DNA of 64,000 bases from Candidatus Caccoplasma intestinavium (lineage in GTDB: Bacteria; Bacteroidota; Bacteroidia; Bacteroidales; UBA11471). Made by a program: the position numbers and the translations under genes. The stretch is taken from the NCBI GenBank assembly GCA_018715885.1, contig DVKT01000045.1, positions 5,526 to 69,525 on the forward strand. Reading direction: 5' to 3'. Shown one piece after another: positions 40,650-52,039 of the stretch. Below the pieces are notes generated by a model. It made no database searches and was not told the DNA's origin. It saw only the letters and a program-made list of their open reading frames with translations. The first letter of the stretch is position 1, and each line of letters opens with the position of its first letter.

Positions 40650-42350
40650 ATGAACGATAAAGAATTGATAACCGGCGCAGAAGCATTGATGCGCTCGCTC
40701 GAACATCAGGGCGTCAAGACCCTTTTCGGTTATCCCGGAGGCTCTATTATGCCCGTTTTCGATGCTCTCTATGATCATCGCCATATTTTGCATCATATAT
40801 TGGTGCGTCATGAACAAGGCGCTACTCATGCGGCACAAGGATTTGCCCGTGCTTCGGGACGTGTGGGCGTTTGCCTGGTAACCAGCGGTCCCGGAGCGAC
40901 CAATACGATCACCGGTATTGCCGATGCTATGATAGACAGTACGCCGATTGTTGTCATCGCAGGGCAGGTAGGGACTTCGTTTTTAGGTTCCGACGCTTTT
41001 CAAGAGGTCGATTTGGTGGGGGTAACTCAGCCTATCACGAAGTGGAGCTATCAGATACGTCGGGCCGAAGACGTTCCGTGGGCGGTAGCTCGGGCCTTTT
41101 ATATCGCGTCGAGTGGTCGGCCCGGCCCGGTTGTTCTCGATTTTGCCAAGAATGCACAAGTCGAGAAGTTCGAATACGAACCCGCGACAGTCGATTTTGT
41201 ACGTAGTTATATCCCTGTACCCGATACCGATTCGATGTCGGTTATCCGGGCGGCCGACCTTATCAATAAGGCACAGCGACCATTGGTGCTTGTGGGGCAA
41301 GGCGTGGAGTTGGGCAATGCCCAAGACGAATTGCGGAATTTTATCGAGAAAGCCGATTTGCCGGCAGGTTGTACACTTTTGGGTTTATCGGCGTTGCCCT
41401 CGGAACATTATTTGAATATGGGTATGCTCGGTATGCACGGTAATCTGGCTCCGAATGTGAAGACCAACGAATGTGATGTCTTGATCGCCGTAGGTATGCG
41501 TTTTGACGACCGGGTAACCGGCAATCTCGGTACGTATGCCAAACAGGCCAAAATCATACATTTTGATATAGATCCGGCCGAAATAAACAAAAACGTGAAA
41601 GCCGATGTTGCGGTTCTTGGAGATTGTAAGGAAACGCTCCGTTCGGTAACAGATCTGCTTGTACCGGCAAAACACAAGGAGTGGATCGATTCGTTTGCTC
41701 CGTATGCCGAAGAAGAAAGAACGAAGGTCGTAGAACCGGAAGTGAATCCGACCGGAGGGCCTCTCAATATGGGAGAAGTGGTACGTGCCGTGAGCAATGC
41801 CACTCGCAATGAAGCGGTTTTGGTTACCGATGTGGGGCAGAACCAGATGATGTCGGCGCGTTATTTCAGGTATTCACGCAATCGCAGCATCATTACATCG
41901 GGGGGGCTGGGAACGATGGGATTTGGACTTCCGGCTGCCGTAGGAGCGACGTTTGCCGTTCCCGACCGTACGGTATGCGTATTTATGGGCGACGGCGGTT
42001 TGCAAATGAATTTGCAGGAGTTGGGAACTGTTATGGAGCAGAAAGCGCCGGTGAAAATGATTTTGCTCAATAACAACTATTTGGGCAATGTACGTCAATG
42101 GCAGGCTATGTTTTTCAACAGAAAGTACTCTTTTACGCCGATGCTCAATCCCGATTATATGAAGATTGCCGAGGCGTACGGCATTCCGTCGAGGCGGGTG
42201 ATAGAACGTGCCGATTTGGCTTCGGCGATCGAGGAGATGTTGGCTGCCGACGGGCCTTTCCTCTTGGAAGCCTGTGTCATCGAGGAAGGTAATGTTTTAC
42301 CCATGACACCTCCGGGCGGTTCGGTAAACGCCATGTTGTTGGAATGTTAA
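40650..42350 (+). CDS. ilvB: Acetolactate synthase large subunit
   Basis: 566 aa. A ThDP enzyme with GYPGGSIMPVFDAL, GPGATN and GLGTMGFGLPAA...GDGGLQMN. Confidence 0.95.
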   Translation: MNDKELITGAEALMRSLEHQGVKTLFGYPGGSIMPVFDALYDHRHILHHILVRHEQGATHAAQGFARASGRVGVCLVTSGPGATNTITGIADAMIDSTPIVVIAGQVGTSFLGSDAFQEVDLVGVTQPITKWSYQIRRAEDVPWAVARAFYIASSGRPGPVVLDFAKNAQVEKFEYEPATVDFVRSYIPVPDTDSMSVIRAADLINKAQRPLVLVGQGVELGNAQDELRNFIEKADLPAGCTLLGLSALPSEHYLNMGMLGMHGNLAPNVKTNECDVLIAVGMRFDDRVTGNLGTYAKQAKIIHFDIDPAEINKNVKADVAVLGDCKETLRSVTDLLVPAKHKEWIDSFAPYAEEERTKVVEPEVNPTGGPLNMGEVVRAVSNATRNEAVLVTDVGQNQMMSARYFRYSRNRSIITSGGLGTMGFGLPAAVGATFAVPDRTVCVFMGDGGLQMNLQELGTVMEQKAPVKMILLNNNYLGNVRQWQAMFFNRKYSFTPMLNPDYMKIAEAYGIPSRRVIERADLASAIEEMLAADGPFLLEACVIEEGNVLPMTPPGGSVNAMLLEC

Positions 42351-42920
42351 ATGCGAATGTTTATGGACAAGAAATTATATACGATGATTGTCTACTCCGA
42401 GAATATTGCCGGACTGCTGAATCAGATTACGGCGGTTTTCACTCGTAGGCAAATCAATATCGAGAGTCTCAATGTATCGGCGTCTTCGATAAAGGGTGTA
42501 CACAAGTACACCATAACGGCTTGGACCGATGAAGAAACGATAAAAAAAATCGTGCGGCAGATCGAGAAAAAAATCGACGTACTGCAAGCGCACTATTTTA
42601 CCGATGAAGAAATATTCGCTTATGAGATAGCTCTTTATAAGTTGTCTACCCCTGTCTTTGAACGAGAACCGAAAGTCTCGGAACTGATACGTCGCTACAA
42701 TGCCCGGGTGGTAGAGGTAAACCCCACCTATTCGGCTTTGGAAAAGGACGGAACGACCGAGGATATTACAGCTTTTTACGACGAGTTACAGAAACTCGGT
42801 TGTGTCTTGCAGTTTGTGCGTTCGGGACGTGTCGCTCTTACAAAGAGTTGTGTAGAGCGGGTAAACGAGTTCCTTGCCGATCGTGAAGCCCGTTATTTGA
42901 AATCGAAGCAAACCGAATAG
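42351..42920 (+). CDS. ilvN: Acetolactate synthase small (regulatory) subunit
   Basis: The ACT-domain N-terminus is YTMIVYSENIAGLLNQITAVFTRRQINIESL. The start may instead be the MDKK codon at 42363. Confidence 0.9.
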   Translation: MRMFMDKKLYTMIVYSENIAGLLNQITAVFTRRQINIESLNVSASSIKGVHKYTITAWTDEETIKKIVRQIEKKIDVLQAHYFTDEEIFAYEIALYKLSTPVFEREPKVSELIRRYNARVVEVNPTYSALEKDGTTEDITAFYDELQKLGCVLQFVRSGRVALTKSCVERVNEFLADREARYLKSKQTE

Positions 42921-42923
42921 TAT

Positions 42924-43670
42924 ATGGCAGATTATCAGAAAGTCGGTTCGTACGATTTTGTCGCAGAACCTTTTTGTTCCGATTTTCGGGGACACATGGC
43001 CATCGGCGTTTTAGGAAATCTCTTGTTGAATGTCGCTGAGTTTCATGCCTCCGACCGAGGATTCGGCATTATTACCATCAATGAAGGACATTATACATGG
43101 GTTTTGTCCCGATTGGTGTTGGAGTTTGTCGATGATGCACCCCGGCAGACCGAGAAATTTACCATAGAGACATGGGTCGAGAGTGTGTACCGTCTTTTTA
43201 CCGAAAGAGATTTTGCCGTACTCGATAAGGCGGGAAATCCGTTGGGGTACGCACGTTCGGTATGGGCGATGATCGATATGGATACTCGTAAGCCGGTAGA
43301 CCTTCTCAGTACATACGAGGGGGGGATAACCGGTTATGTTTGCGATAAGGAGTGTCCTATCGAACGTCCCGGGAAAGTGAAAGTAGCTTCTTCCGATCCG
43401 GTATGTACATTGACGACCCGATATAGCGATATCGATATCAACGGACATGTAAACAGTATCAAGTATATCGATCATATTTTGGATCTTTTCCCGCTCGACC
43501 TTTATAAGAACAAGCGGGTGAAGCGATTCGAAATAGCGTATGTCAGTGAAAGTCATTACGGTGATACATTGCAATTTTTCTGTGATGACAAAGGAAGCGA
43601 CGAGTACCATATCGAAGTGAAAAAAAACGACGGCGAAATCGTATGCCGTAGTAAAGTGATATTTATTTAA
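42924..43670 (+). CDS. Acyl-ACP thioesterase family protein
   Basis: 248 aa, double hot-dog type (YSDIDINGHVNSIKYIDHIL). Embedded in the ilv operon, as is usual in Bacteroidales. Confidence 0.8.
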   Translation: MADYQKVGSYDFVAEPFCSDFRGHMAIGVLGNLLLNVAEFHASDRGFGIITINEGHYTWVLSRLVLEFVDDAPRQTEKFTIETWVESVYRLFTERDFAVLDKAGNPLGYARSVWAMIDMDTRKPVDLLSTYEGGITGYVCDKECPIERPGKVKVASSDPVCTLTTRYSDIDINGHVNSIKYIDHILDLFPLDLYKNKRVKRFEIAYVSESHYGDTLQFFCDDKGSDEYHIEVKKNDGEIVCRSKVIFI

Positions 43671-43698
43671 TTGTTTCATACTAAAAAACAAACACAAA

Positions 43699-44745
43699 AT
43701 GGCAGTAATTAATTTTGGCGGAGTTGACGAAAATGTAGTTACCCGTGAAGAATTTCCGTTGGAAAAAGCAAGAGAAGTCCTCAAAGATGAGGTGATCGCG
43801 ATAATCGGTTATGGCGTACAAGGCCCGGGACAGAGCCTTAACTTGCGTGATAACGGTTTCAATGTGATTGTGGGACAGCGTAAAGGCGGAAAAACATGGG
43901 AGAAGGCCGTTGCCGACGGTTGGGTTCCCGGTGAGACGCTTTTTGAAATCGAAGAGGCTTGCAAGCGTGCCACCATTATCCAATACCTGCTTTCCGATGC
44001 CGCTCAAATCGAGGTTTGGCCTCGCATCAAACCTTATTTGACTGCCGGAAAGGCGCTCTATTTCTCTCATGGTTTCGGCATTACCTATAAGGAGCGTACC
44101 CATATCATTCCTCCTGCCGATGTCGATGTAATCATGGTTGCACCTAAGGGTTCGGGAACCAGCTTGCGTCGTATGTTCCTGCAAGGTCGCGGTTTGAATT
44201 CGAGCTATGCTATTTATCAAGATGCTACCGGCCGTGCAAAAGATCGTGTTATCGCACTCGGTATAGGCGTGGGTTCGGGTTATCTGTTCGAAACGACTTT
44301 CAAGAGAGAGGTTTACTCCGACTTGACGGGAGAGCGCGGAACTCTTATGGGGGCTATACAAGGCTTGTTGCTTGCCCAATATGAAGTATTGCGCGAAAAC
44401 GGCCATGAACCCTCCGAGGCCTTCAACGAAACCGTCGAGGAGCTTACCCAATCTTTGATGCCTCTTTTTGCTGAAAAGGGTATGGATTGGATGTATGCCA
44501 ACTGTTCGACGACTGCTCAACGCGGTGCACTCGACTGGATGGGTCCGTTCCACGATGCCGTAAAACCGGTATTTGAGAAACTTTACAAAGAGGTAGCTTG
44601 CGGTAATGAAGCACAACGTTCGATCGATACCAATAGCAAACCCGATTATCGCGAAGGTCTGGAAAAAGAACTCGCCGCTTTGCGTGAGAGCGAGATGTGG
44701 CGTACGGGAGCTGTTGTACGTAAACTGCGTCCCGAAAATAACTGA
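43699..44745 (+). CDS. ilvC: Ketol-acid reductoisomerase
   Basis: 348 aa with IIGYGVQGPGQSLNLRDNG (Rossmann fold) and class I KARI motifs. Confidence 0.95.
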   Translation: MAVINFGGVDENVVTREEFPLEKAREVLKDEVIAIIGYGVQGPGQSLNLRDNGFNVIVGQRKGGKTWEKAVADGWVPGETLFEIEEACKRATIIQYLLSDAAQIEVWPRIKPYLTAGKALYFSHGFGITYKERTHIIPPADVDVIMVAPKGSGTSLRRMFLQGRGLNSSYAIYQDATGRAKDRVIALGIGVGSGYLFETTFKREVYSDLTGERGTLMGAIQGLLLAQYEVLRENGHEPSEAFNETVEELTQSLMPLFAEKGMDWMYANCSTTAQRGALDWMGPFHDAVKPVFEKLYKEVACGNEAQRSIDTNSKPDYREGLEKELAALRESEMWRTGAVVRKLRPENN

Positions 44746-44761
44746 TAAATTTTTCGTTTTT

Positions 44762-44813
44762 TAGAATACGGAGTAGATAACTTGATTGGTTATCTGCTCC
44801 GTATTCTGTTTTT
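44762..44813 (+). terminator. ilv operon terminator
   Basis: AGAATACGGAGTAGATAAC-TTGATTG-GTTATCTGCTCCGTATTCT followed by GTTTTTTT. Confidence 0.8.
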
Positions 44814-44917
44814 TTACGGGAACAAAGCCGTTGGAGAAATGTTTCCAAGATGAAAGTAGATTTCCTGTGGAAAAGACAGGGCGATACGTCTTTTTTCCGT
44901 AACTTCGTCGGTGAATA

Positions 44918-47900
44918 ATGAGGCGATTTTTTAAATATGTTTTTATCGGGTTCTCCGTCTTGTTGGGGCTGCCGTTTTTACTCGTGGCATTGTTGTATGT
45001 GCCTCCGGTACAGCGTGCTGTCGTCAGAACTGTTTGTTCTGCGGTATCCGATAGTGCGATGCAGGTTTCGGTAGGAGATTTCCGTTTGCGTTTCCCTTTG
45101 CGTCTTGATGTTTCCGATGCATGCGTGATGACGGGCGGAGACACGCTGTGTGCGTTACATACTTTACATATAGAAGTCGATTCGTGGCCATTGTTGCGTC
45201 TGGTTGCCGATGTCCCCGATTTATTTCTCGAAGATGTTCTGTTCCGTTATGCCGATACGACGGGATTCTCTATCGATGTCCGTCTCGACAAAGCATCGAT
45301 GGCATCGGTATCTGCCCGATTGAGGGAAGAGTCGGTCGATGTCGGTCGTATTGCGTTGAGTGGAGGGGGCATAGGCTTGAAGTTGGGTATGGCCTTGCCC
45401 GATACGGCCGAGACCGTCGATACTGTAACGACGCCGTTGGCATGGCGTTTTAAGGTAGACGCTCTTGCTGTCGATGATATTTTGTATCGTATGCAGGACG
45501 CTAACAAAGAGTCTTTTCTTACGGCCGGTGCAGATTCGATAACTGTCGGTAGCACGTCGGTCGATTTGGGAACTCAAACGGTCGATGTTGCTTCTCTTTA
45601 TTTATTGGCAGGGAAAGTGTCCATGATTGTCGACACAAGTGTTGTCGTGCCGGCGGAGATACCCCCCTTAACCAATGATGATATTTCGGAAGAGCCGTCG
45701 CTTCCGTGGACTGTACGTGCCGGTTGTGTGCGTATTGCCGGGACAGAGGCTGTTTATGCGCTGGAAGGACACATTCCGCAACCGGGTTTCGATGCCGATT
45801 ATATGCAGATTTCATCATTGGCGTTGGCTGTCGATTCGGTATATAACAGGGGGAGCGATGTAGCGGCTCGATTGTTGTCGCTTTCTTTGGTAGAACGGTC
45901 GGGATTGGCTGTTCGGGACGGGAAAGCTTTTTTTTCGATGGACTCTGCTGTTGTGAAGGTTGACAGTTTGCATTTGACGACTGATAATTCCGTATTTTTT
46001 GTCGATCTTTTGGCCGATGGTTCTATTTTGTCTATGGACAAGACCGCTTCATTGAGCACATCTATCGGTTTGGATGTCGGGTTGCGGGATGCGGCCTTGT
46101 TTCTGCCGGAACTCGATTCTTCACTGTCGGCTTTGCCATTCGATGCCGTCTCTTTGGATATGGCGGTAGATGGGGTGCTTGACAGCTTGCGGTTAGCCCG
46201 TCTTTATGTGGATCTGCCCGGAGCAGCCGATTTTTTTGCGGAGGGAGATATAAAGTCGTTGACCGGGACGGATTCTTTGTCGGCGAAAATGGCTCTTACG
46301 GCGCATCTCGATCGTTTGGATTTTCTTCCGGCATGGATAGGAGCGGAGATCGCTCATGAAGTCTCCTTGCCCGATTCGATGTCGTTTTGTGCCTCGCTCG
46401 ATTTTGAAAATGAAAAAGCCGCGAGAGTACAGCTTTTTTTAGGAGTTTTGCAAGGTAGGCTGACTCTTGATGCCGATTATGCTTTTGTCGATACGGCTTA
46501 TCGGATCGATACCCGATGGCAGGAATTTCCTGTGGATGCATTTCTTCCGCAGGAAAATTTCGGATTGCTTTCTCTATCCTTGTCGGCTCGCGGCTGCGGG
46601 TTCGATCCTTTTTCAGACTACATGCGGGCCGATTTAGCTCTTTATGTCGATACACTTGATTATGGCGGTTATCGATTCAATGATTTGGGCCTTGATGCCG
46701 TTCTTGACTCCGGAATTGTTTTTGCGCATATCTTGGGTGTCGATAGTGCTGTGCGTCTCGACTTGAATCTTTCCGGCAGCTTGTCTCCTGCGGAATATAC
46801 GGCACACCTTGCCGGGGAAATCGATTGGCTCGATTTGAAAACGGCTCGTTTTACCGATGATTCTTTGACATTATCTTCTTCGGTCGATATTCGGGCGTGG
46901 GCCAATGATAAGAACGAATATTCGGTTAAGACCCGTTTCGATATGATGGGTTTGCATTTGTTCGATATGGATAATCGTTTCGAACATATTGTCGTTACGG
47001 GTGATATGTTGCGGGATTCACTTGATGCCCGTATTGATTTTCCCGGTGTACGGGTTGCCTTTTCGTCTCCGGCGGGAATCGATTCGTTTATATCCCGAAC
47101 GACTGCTTTCAGCGATTATTTACAAAAAGCAGTCGACGAAAAAGATTTTGTCCCTGCTCATTTGTGCGCTTTGTTGCCCGATTTCTATTTAAAGGGGAAA
47201 CTGGTTCCCGAGCAGGTTGTGGATAAAGTTTTACAAGAGAACGGGCTGAAATTGGATTCTCTCGATTTTATGGCGGAGAATGGTATCGACAGTAAATCTT
47301 TCGGCATTGAGGCCGAAGCTTTGGGGTTCTCTTTTTCTTCTTTCTCGACCGATACGCTTACGGCTTTTTTGCGGCAGGACGATGAATTATTGCGTTATGC
47401 TGTACGTATGGGAAATACGCCCGAAACGTCGGAGCTGTTGGCACAGGCGGGTGTATCCGGATTCATAGGAAACGGAGAAGTTTATGCGGCGTTGCGGCAG
47501 AAAGATCAGAAAAATGAGCCCGGACTGGTACTGGATATCGATACCCGTTTGTCCGACTCGTTATTGCATATAACATTGGGACCCGATGCACCGACGCTGG
47601 GTGTTCCCGACTGGTCGCTCAATACCGGTAATTTTGTCGATTATTATTTCGACGGACGGTTGGCCGCCGATTTACAGTTGAAACACGACGTACAGTCATT
47701 TTCTTTACAATCGGGTTCTCAGCCCGGAGCCGATACGATATATCTCGATGTGGAGAATCTGAGACTTGCACCGATTTTGCAGACGATGCCGGGAACGCCT
47801 CCTGTATCGGCTCTCTTGTCTACGGCCCTTGCGACCGATTTTTCGGGTGGTTATCCGATGGTCGGAGGGTCGATACGTCTCGATTCGGCCCGATATGACG

Positions 47901-49648
47901 GCAAGTGGGTGGGGAACATGGCTCTTTCCCTCGATTATCGGCAACTTTCGTCTTCGCTTATGGAGATGGACGCTTTTCTCGATGTGGATACGACGCGGGC
48001 TTTGTCTCTTTCCGCTCGGTACGATACCGATACGTTGTCGGCACTTCCTCTTGACGCAACAGTGCAGATACCGGCTTTCCCTTTGTCTGTGGCAAATGCT
48101 TTTTTACCCGATGATGTGGCTCGGATTGAAGGCGTTTTGCGTGGAAATGTTTCGGCTTCGGGGCATGTAGATGCACCACGACTTAACGGTCGTCTTTCCA
48201 TCGGTAACGGTAAAGTCGATATACCGATGATAGGGGCCTCTTTTCGGTTTTCTCCGGCAGTCGTTTCGATGTCCGACAGTCATGTGAGCATCGATACCTT
48301 TAATATTTTAGGGCCTAATAACGAACCGTTGAGTATCAACGGAAATGTGAATTTGAGCGATTTTTCTCGTCCTTATCTCGATGCAAATGTAAACGGTCAT
48401 AATTTCGAACTTTTCAATCTCCCGAAAAACCGTACATCGATGCTTTACGGGAAAGCTGCGGCCGACATCGATGCTTCTGTTCGCGGATTCATCGATGCTT
48501 TGTCGCTGAGGGGGAATATCGTATTGCTGAACGGTACGGAAGCTACATATGTTTTGCGGGATAACAATTCGTTGCCCGGAGTGAGCAATTACGGTGATAT
48601 GGTTGTCTTTACATCGTTCGTCGATACGGCGAGCGAAGAAACCATCGTCCCTTTTCAGTCGGTTTCGGGTATGGATATGCTGGTGAATGTCGACATCGGA
48701 AATGCCGTATCGTTGTCGGTCGAATTGACGCCCGACGGAAACAGCCGCATAGATTTACAGGGAGGTGGCAGCCTGACGTACACGATGAATGCTTTGGGAG
48801 ACAGCCGTTTTACCGGCCGTTATGAGCTTTCGGGTGGTACGGTTTGTTACACTCCGCCGCTTATAGGCCAAAAACTTTTTTCGATAAAAGAAGGTAGTTC
48901 TGTCGTGTGGGAAGGCGAGATGGCCAATCCCGTACTTGATATTACGGCTATCGACAAGTTGCAGGTCGATGTGGCTTCGGGTGGCAGTACGAGATCTGTT
49001 CAATTTCAGGTATCTATTTCCATTACCAATTCGCTCGATAATCTTTCCATCGTATTCGATGTCTCAGCCCCGAATGATCTTACCATACAGAACGAACTTA
49101 CTTCCATGACTGCCGAACAGCGGGCTTCGCAGGCGATGAGCCTATTGGTGTATAATACCTATACAGGTCCGAGTGCTTCTCAGGGAGACTTGTTCTCGGG
49201 AAATCCTCTCAACCAATTTTTGCAGAACGAGCTGAACAAATGGTCGCGTAATAACTTGAAAAATATTGATCTTAGCTTCGGAATCAATAGTAAAGGAGAT
49301 GCCGATGGAACGACACGTACGGATTATTCTTACCAATTGTCCAAGAAGTTTTTCAACGATAGAATACGTATCGTCGTAGGCGGGAGTTATTCTCCCGACG
49401 ATAATTCGGCCGATGCGCTGAAAGAAAATCTTGTCGATGACATCGCTATCGAATACAAGCTCGATAAGCGTGACAATATGATATTGAAAATATTCCGCCA
49501 TACAGGGCAGGAGACGATTCTCGAAGGCGAAGTAACCGAGACCGGGCTGGGGTTTGCAGTACGTAAAAAGCTGGCTCGCTTATCCGAGTTGTTCCGTCGT
49601 TCTTCCCGTAGGAATGCTTCTCAAACCGCACAATCTATACAGCCGTGA
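44918..49648 (+). CDS. tamB: TamB-like translocation and assembly module protein (DUF490-type C-terminus)
   Basis: 1576 aa with an N-terminal TM anchor and a long beta-rich body. It overlaps the downstream Omp85 gene by 4 nt. Confidence 0.75.
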   Translation: MRRFFKYVFIGFSVLLGLPFLLVALLYVPPVQRAVVRTVCSAVSDSAMQVSVGDFRLRFPLRLDVSDACVMTGGDTLCALHTLHIEVDSWPLLRLVADVPDLFLEDVLFRYADTTGFSIDVRLDKASMASVSARLREESVDVGRIALSGGGIGLKLGMALPDTAETVDTVTTPLAWRFKVDALAVDDILYRMQDANKESFLTAGADSITVGSTSVDLGTQTVDVASLYLLAGKVSMIVDTSVVVPAEIPPLTNDDISEEPSLPWTVRAGCVRIAGTEAVYALEGHIPQPGFDADYMQISSLALAVDSVYNRGSDVAARLLSLSLVERSGLAVRDGKAFFSMDSAVVKVDSLHLTTDNSVFFVDLLADGSILSMDKTASLSTSIGLDVGLRDAALFLPELDSSLSALPFDAVSLDMAVDGVLDSLRLARLYVDLPGAADFFAEGDIKSLTGTDSLSAKMALTAHLDRLDFLPAWIGAEIAHEVSLPDSMSFCASLDFENEKAARVQLFLGVLQGRLTLDADYAFVDTAYRIDTRWQEFPVDAFLPQENFGLLSLSLSARGCGFDPFSDYMRADLALYVDTLDYGGYRFNDLGLDAVLDSGIVFAHILGVDSAVRLDLNLSGSLSPAEYTAHLAGEIDWLDLKTARFTDDSLTLSSSVDIRAWANDKNEYSVKTRFDMMGLHLFDMDNRFEHIVVTGDMLRDSLDARIDFPGVRVAFSSPAGIDSFISRTTAFSDYLQKAVDEKDFVPAHLCALLPDFYLKGKLVPEQVVDKVLQENGLKLDSLDFMAENGIDSKSFGIEAEALGFSFSSFSTDTLTAFLRQDDELLRYAVRMGNTPETSELLAQAGVSGFIGNGEVYAALRQKDQKNEPGLVLDIDTRLSDSLLHITLGPDAPTLGVPDWSLNTGNFVDYYFDGRLAADLQLKHDVQSFSLQSGSQPGADTIYLDVENLRLAPILQTMPGTPPVSALLSTALATDFSGGYPMVGGSIRLDSARYDGKWVGNMALSLDYRQLSSSLMEMDAFLDVDTTRALSLSARYDTDTLSALPLDATVQIPAFPLSVANAFLPDDVARIEGVLRGNVSASGHVDAPRLNGRLSIGNGKVDIPMIGASFRFSPAVVSMSDSHVSIDTFNILGPNNEPLSINGNVNLSDFSRPYLDANVNGHNFELFNLPKNRTSMLYGKAAADIDASVRGFIDALSLRGNIVLLNGTEATYVLRDNNSLPGVSNYGDMVVFTSFVDTASEETIVPFQSVSGMDMLVNVDIGNAVSLSVELTPDGNSRIDLQGGGSLTYTMNALGDSRFTGRYELSGGTVCYTPPLIGQKLFSIKEGSSVVWEGEMANPVLDITAIDKLQVDVASGGSTRSVQFQVSISITNSLDNLSIVFDVSAPNDLTIQNELTSMTAEQRASQAMSLLVYNTYTGPSASQGDLFSGNPLNQFLQNELNKWSRNNLKNIDLSFGINSKGDADGTTRTDYSYQLSKKFFNDRIRIVVGGSYSPDDNSADALKENLVDDIAIEYKLDKRDNMILKIFRHTGQETILEGEVTETGLGFAVRKKLARLSELFRRSSRRNASQTAQSIQP

Positions 49649-51954
49649 AAAAGATATGTTTCTTTATATTGCTTTTACCGTTTATTTGGGCGGGTTGCGA
49701 TACGACGAGTAAGTTGGGGGCGGGAGAGGTATTGTACACCGGGGTAAAGAAAATGCATATCGACCCCGAGGAAAAGGGTGTAAAACTCTCTTCCGATGCT
49801 GAGTCGGCTGTCCGCGACGCCCTTTCGGTCAAACCCAATAATGCGTTGTACAGTCCCTATGTCCGCTGGCCATTCCCGTTCGGTTTGTGGGTGTATAACC
49901 ATGTCGAACCCAAAAAGGATAGGGGCTTTAAACATTGGTTCTATGAGCGATTTGCCAAGACTCCGGTATTGATATCGACCGTGCAGCCCGATTTACGGGT
50001 GGCGGTTGTTCCCGATATTCTTGCAAATTATGGATATTTTTCTTCGTCGGCGGCTTATTCGCTCGATTACAATCGGAAAAATCCTAAAAAGGCGCGTATT
50101 ACTTATGATGTAACTTACGGAAAGCCGTGGCGTTATAGCTCTATATCATATCCTGTGCCGTCGTCGCCACTCACGTCGATTATCGATTCTACACGTTCCT
50201 CTTCGCTTTTGAGAGAAGGAGATATTTACCGGGCCGATGTTCTCTCTTCCGAGCGGTCTCGTATCACTTCCGTTCTCCGTAACAGGGGCTATTACTTTTT
50301 CCGGCCCGATTATCTTTCTTATCTTGCCGATACGACAGTTGTTCCCAATGAGGTTGCGTTGCGGTTGCAGTTGCGAGGTAACGTTCCAAGTGAAGCATTG
50401 CGAACTTATCGGGTGGGGCATATTACATTCGATTTGAAATCTGCCTCGGGAAAGGGAGAGGTTGATACAGTCGAATTATCCAATGTAACATTTGTTTACC
50501 AGAAACCTCTTAAAGTTAGAAAACGGTTTATCGAAAGAAATATTACATTGAAGACCGGAGAAATCTATACGCTCGACCGACAGACCGAGTCGCTCAACAG
50601 TCTTGTGCGTATGGGTATTTTCAGATATGTCAATTTGGCGGTTTCTACACCCGATTCGATAAGAAGGGATAACAGTCTCGATATTACGCTCGATGCGGCT
50701 ATGGACACGCCGATGGAGGCTTGGTTTGAGGCGAATGTTACCTCCTCAACCAATAGTTTTATCGGCCCCGGTGTTATTTTCGGATTGGCCCATAAGAATG
50801 TTTTCGGAGGAGGAGAGCGGCTTTCTCTCGAATTGTCGGGGTCGTATGAGTGGCAGACCGGGAAACGGCAGTCTGCCGGGACGAAAACATCTCTTCTCAA
50901 CTCGTATGAGTTCGGGATAAAGGCATCGCTTGCCTTTCCTCGTTTACTGCCTTCGGCGCTGTTGTGGGATTCCCGCATCGAGCGTCGGTACGGTGGAAAA
51001 ACCACCGTGCAGCTTAGCGCCGATTTAATGAATCGCCCGCAGTATTTCCGAATGCTCTCGTTGAATACCTCTTTTTCTTTTGATTTCCAATCATCGCGAG
51101 TAAGTTCCCATACGATACAGTTACCTAAAATCGGTTATAATTATTTGATCAACTCGACGGCTTCTTTCGACAGTACTTTACAGGAAAATCCTGCCATAGC
51201 GTTGAGTTTCCGTAATCAGCTCATACCTTCGTTGGGATATACTTATCGGTTCAACAAACAGTTCGGCCGTCATGACGGGAATCATATTTTTTGGCAGACT
51301 TCCGCTTCTACGGCGGGGAACTTCCTGTCTTGGGTCGTTGCGGGAACCGAAGGCCATAAAAAATTTCTCGGTATACCTTTTTCCCAGTTTGTAAAAGCAA
51401 CGACCGATTTTCGGTATTATCGGCGTTTATGGGGGGAGGCTTGGCTGGCGACACGTTTTCTGGTTGGGGCCGGTTGGGCTTACGGCAATTCTACCGTATT
51501 GCCGTATAGCGAACAATTTTATATAGGTGGAGCCAATAGCATAAGGGCTTTTACCATACGCACGGTAGGCCCCGGAAGTTATGCCCCGCCGAAAGGCGAT
51601 GCCGATGCCTATCTCGACCAGACGGGTAACTTCAAACTCGAAAGCAATATCGAGTTGCGATTCCCGATTTTGGGAGATTTGCAAGGTGCGGTTTTTCTCG
51701 ATGCCGGAAACATTTGGTTGCTCAAAGCCGAGGAAAGCCGACCCGGTGGTATGCTCAATGCTAAAACATTTTGGCGGGATATCGCTCTTGGTACGGGAGT
51801 CGGGCTGCGATATGATATAAGTTTCCTGATATTGCGTATCGATATGGGTATAGGCTTGCACGCTCCCTATAACAACGACAAGTCCCGGTATTATAATATG
51901 GATAGTTTCGGTAAAAGTCTGGCTTTCCATTTGGCCATAGGTTATCCTTTTTAG
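49645..51954 (+). CDS. TamA/BamA-family (Omp85) outer-membrane protein
   Basis: 769 aa with a lipoprotein-type signal (FIWAGC). YIGGANSIRAF...LAIGYPF marks the C-terminal barrel. Confidence 0.8.
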   Translation: MKKICFFILLLPFIWAGCDTTSKLGAGEVLYTGVKKMHIDPEEKGVKLSSDAESAVRDALSVKPNNALYSPYVRWPFPFGLWVYNHVEPKKDRGFKHWFYERFAKTPVLISTVQPDLRVAVVPDILANYGYFSSSAAYSLDYNRKNPKKARITYDVTYGKPWRYSSISYPVPSSPLTSIIDSTRSSSLLREGDIYRADVLSSERSRITSVLRNRGYYFFRPDYLSYLADTTVVPNEVALRLQLRGNVPSEALRTYRVGHITFDLKSASGKGEVDTVELSNVTFVYQKPLKVRKRFIERNITLKTGEIYTLDRQTESLNSLVRMGIFRYVNLAVSTPDSIRRDNSLDITLDAAMDTPMEAWFEANVTSSTNSFIGPGVIFGLAHKNVFGGGERLSLELSGSYEWQTGKRQSAGTKTSLLNSYEFGIKASLAFPRLLPSALLWDSRIERRYGGKTTVQLSADLMNRPQYFRMLSLNTSFSFDFQSSRVSSHTIQLPKIGYNYLINSTASFDSTLQENPAIALSFRNQLIPSLGYTYRFNKQFGRHDGNHIFWQTSASTAGNFLSWVVAGTEGHKKFLGIPFSQFVKATTDFRYYRRLWGEAWLATRFLVGAGWAYGNSTVLPYSEQFYIGGANSIRAFTIRTVGPGSYAPPKGDADAYLDQTGNFKLESNIELRFPILGDLQGAVFLDAGNIWLLKAEESRPGGMLNAKTFWRDIALGTGVGLRYDISFLILRIDMGIGLHAPYNNDKSRYYNMDSFGKSLAFHLAIGYPF

Positions 51955-52039
51955 AAACTATTTGCATATTATATTTTGAAGGTTGGTAAAAAATAGATAT
52001 ATTTGAGATCAGTCGAAATATATTTATCTGTTTATTACC

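Noticed and set aside
43011-44616. 257-aa and 311-aa minus-strand ORFs opposite the thioesterase and ilvC
   Set aside because: They are antisense to genes with unambiguous family motifs.
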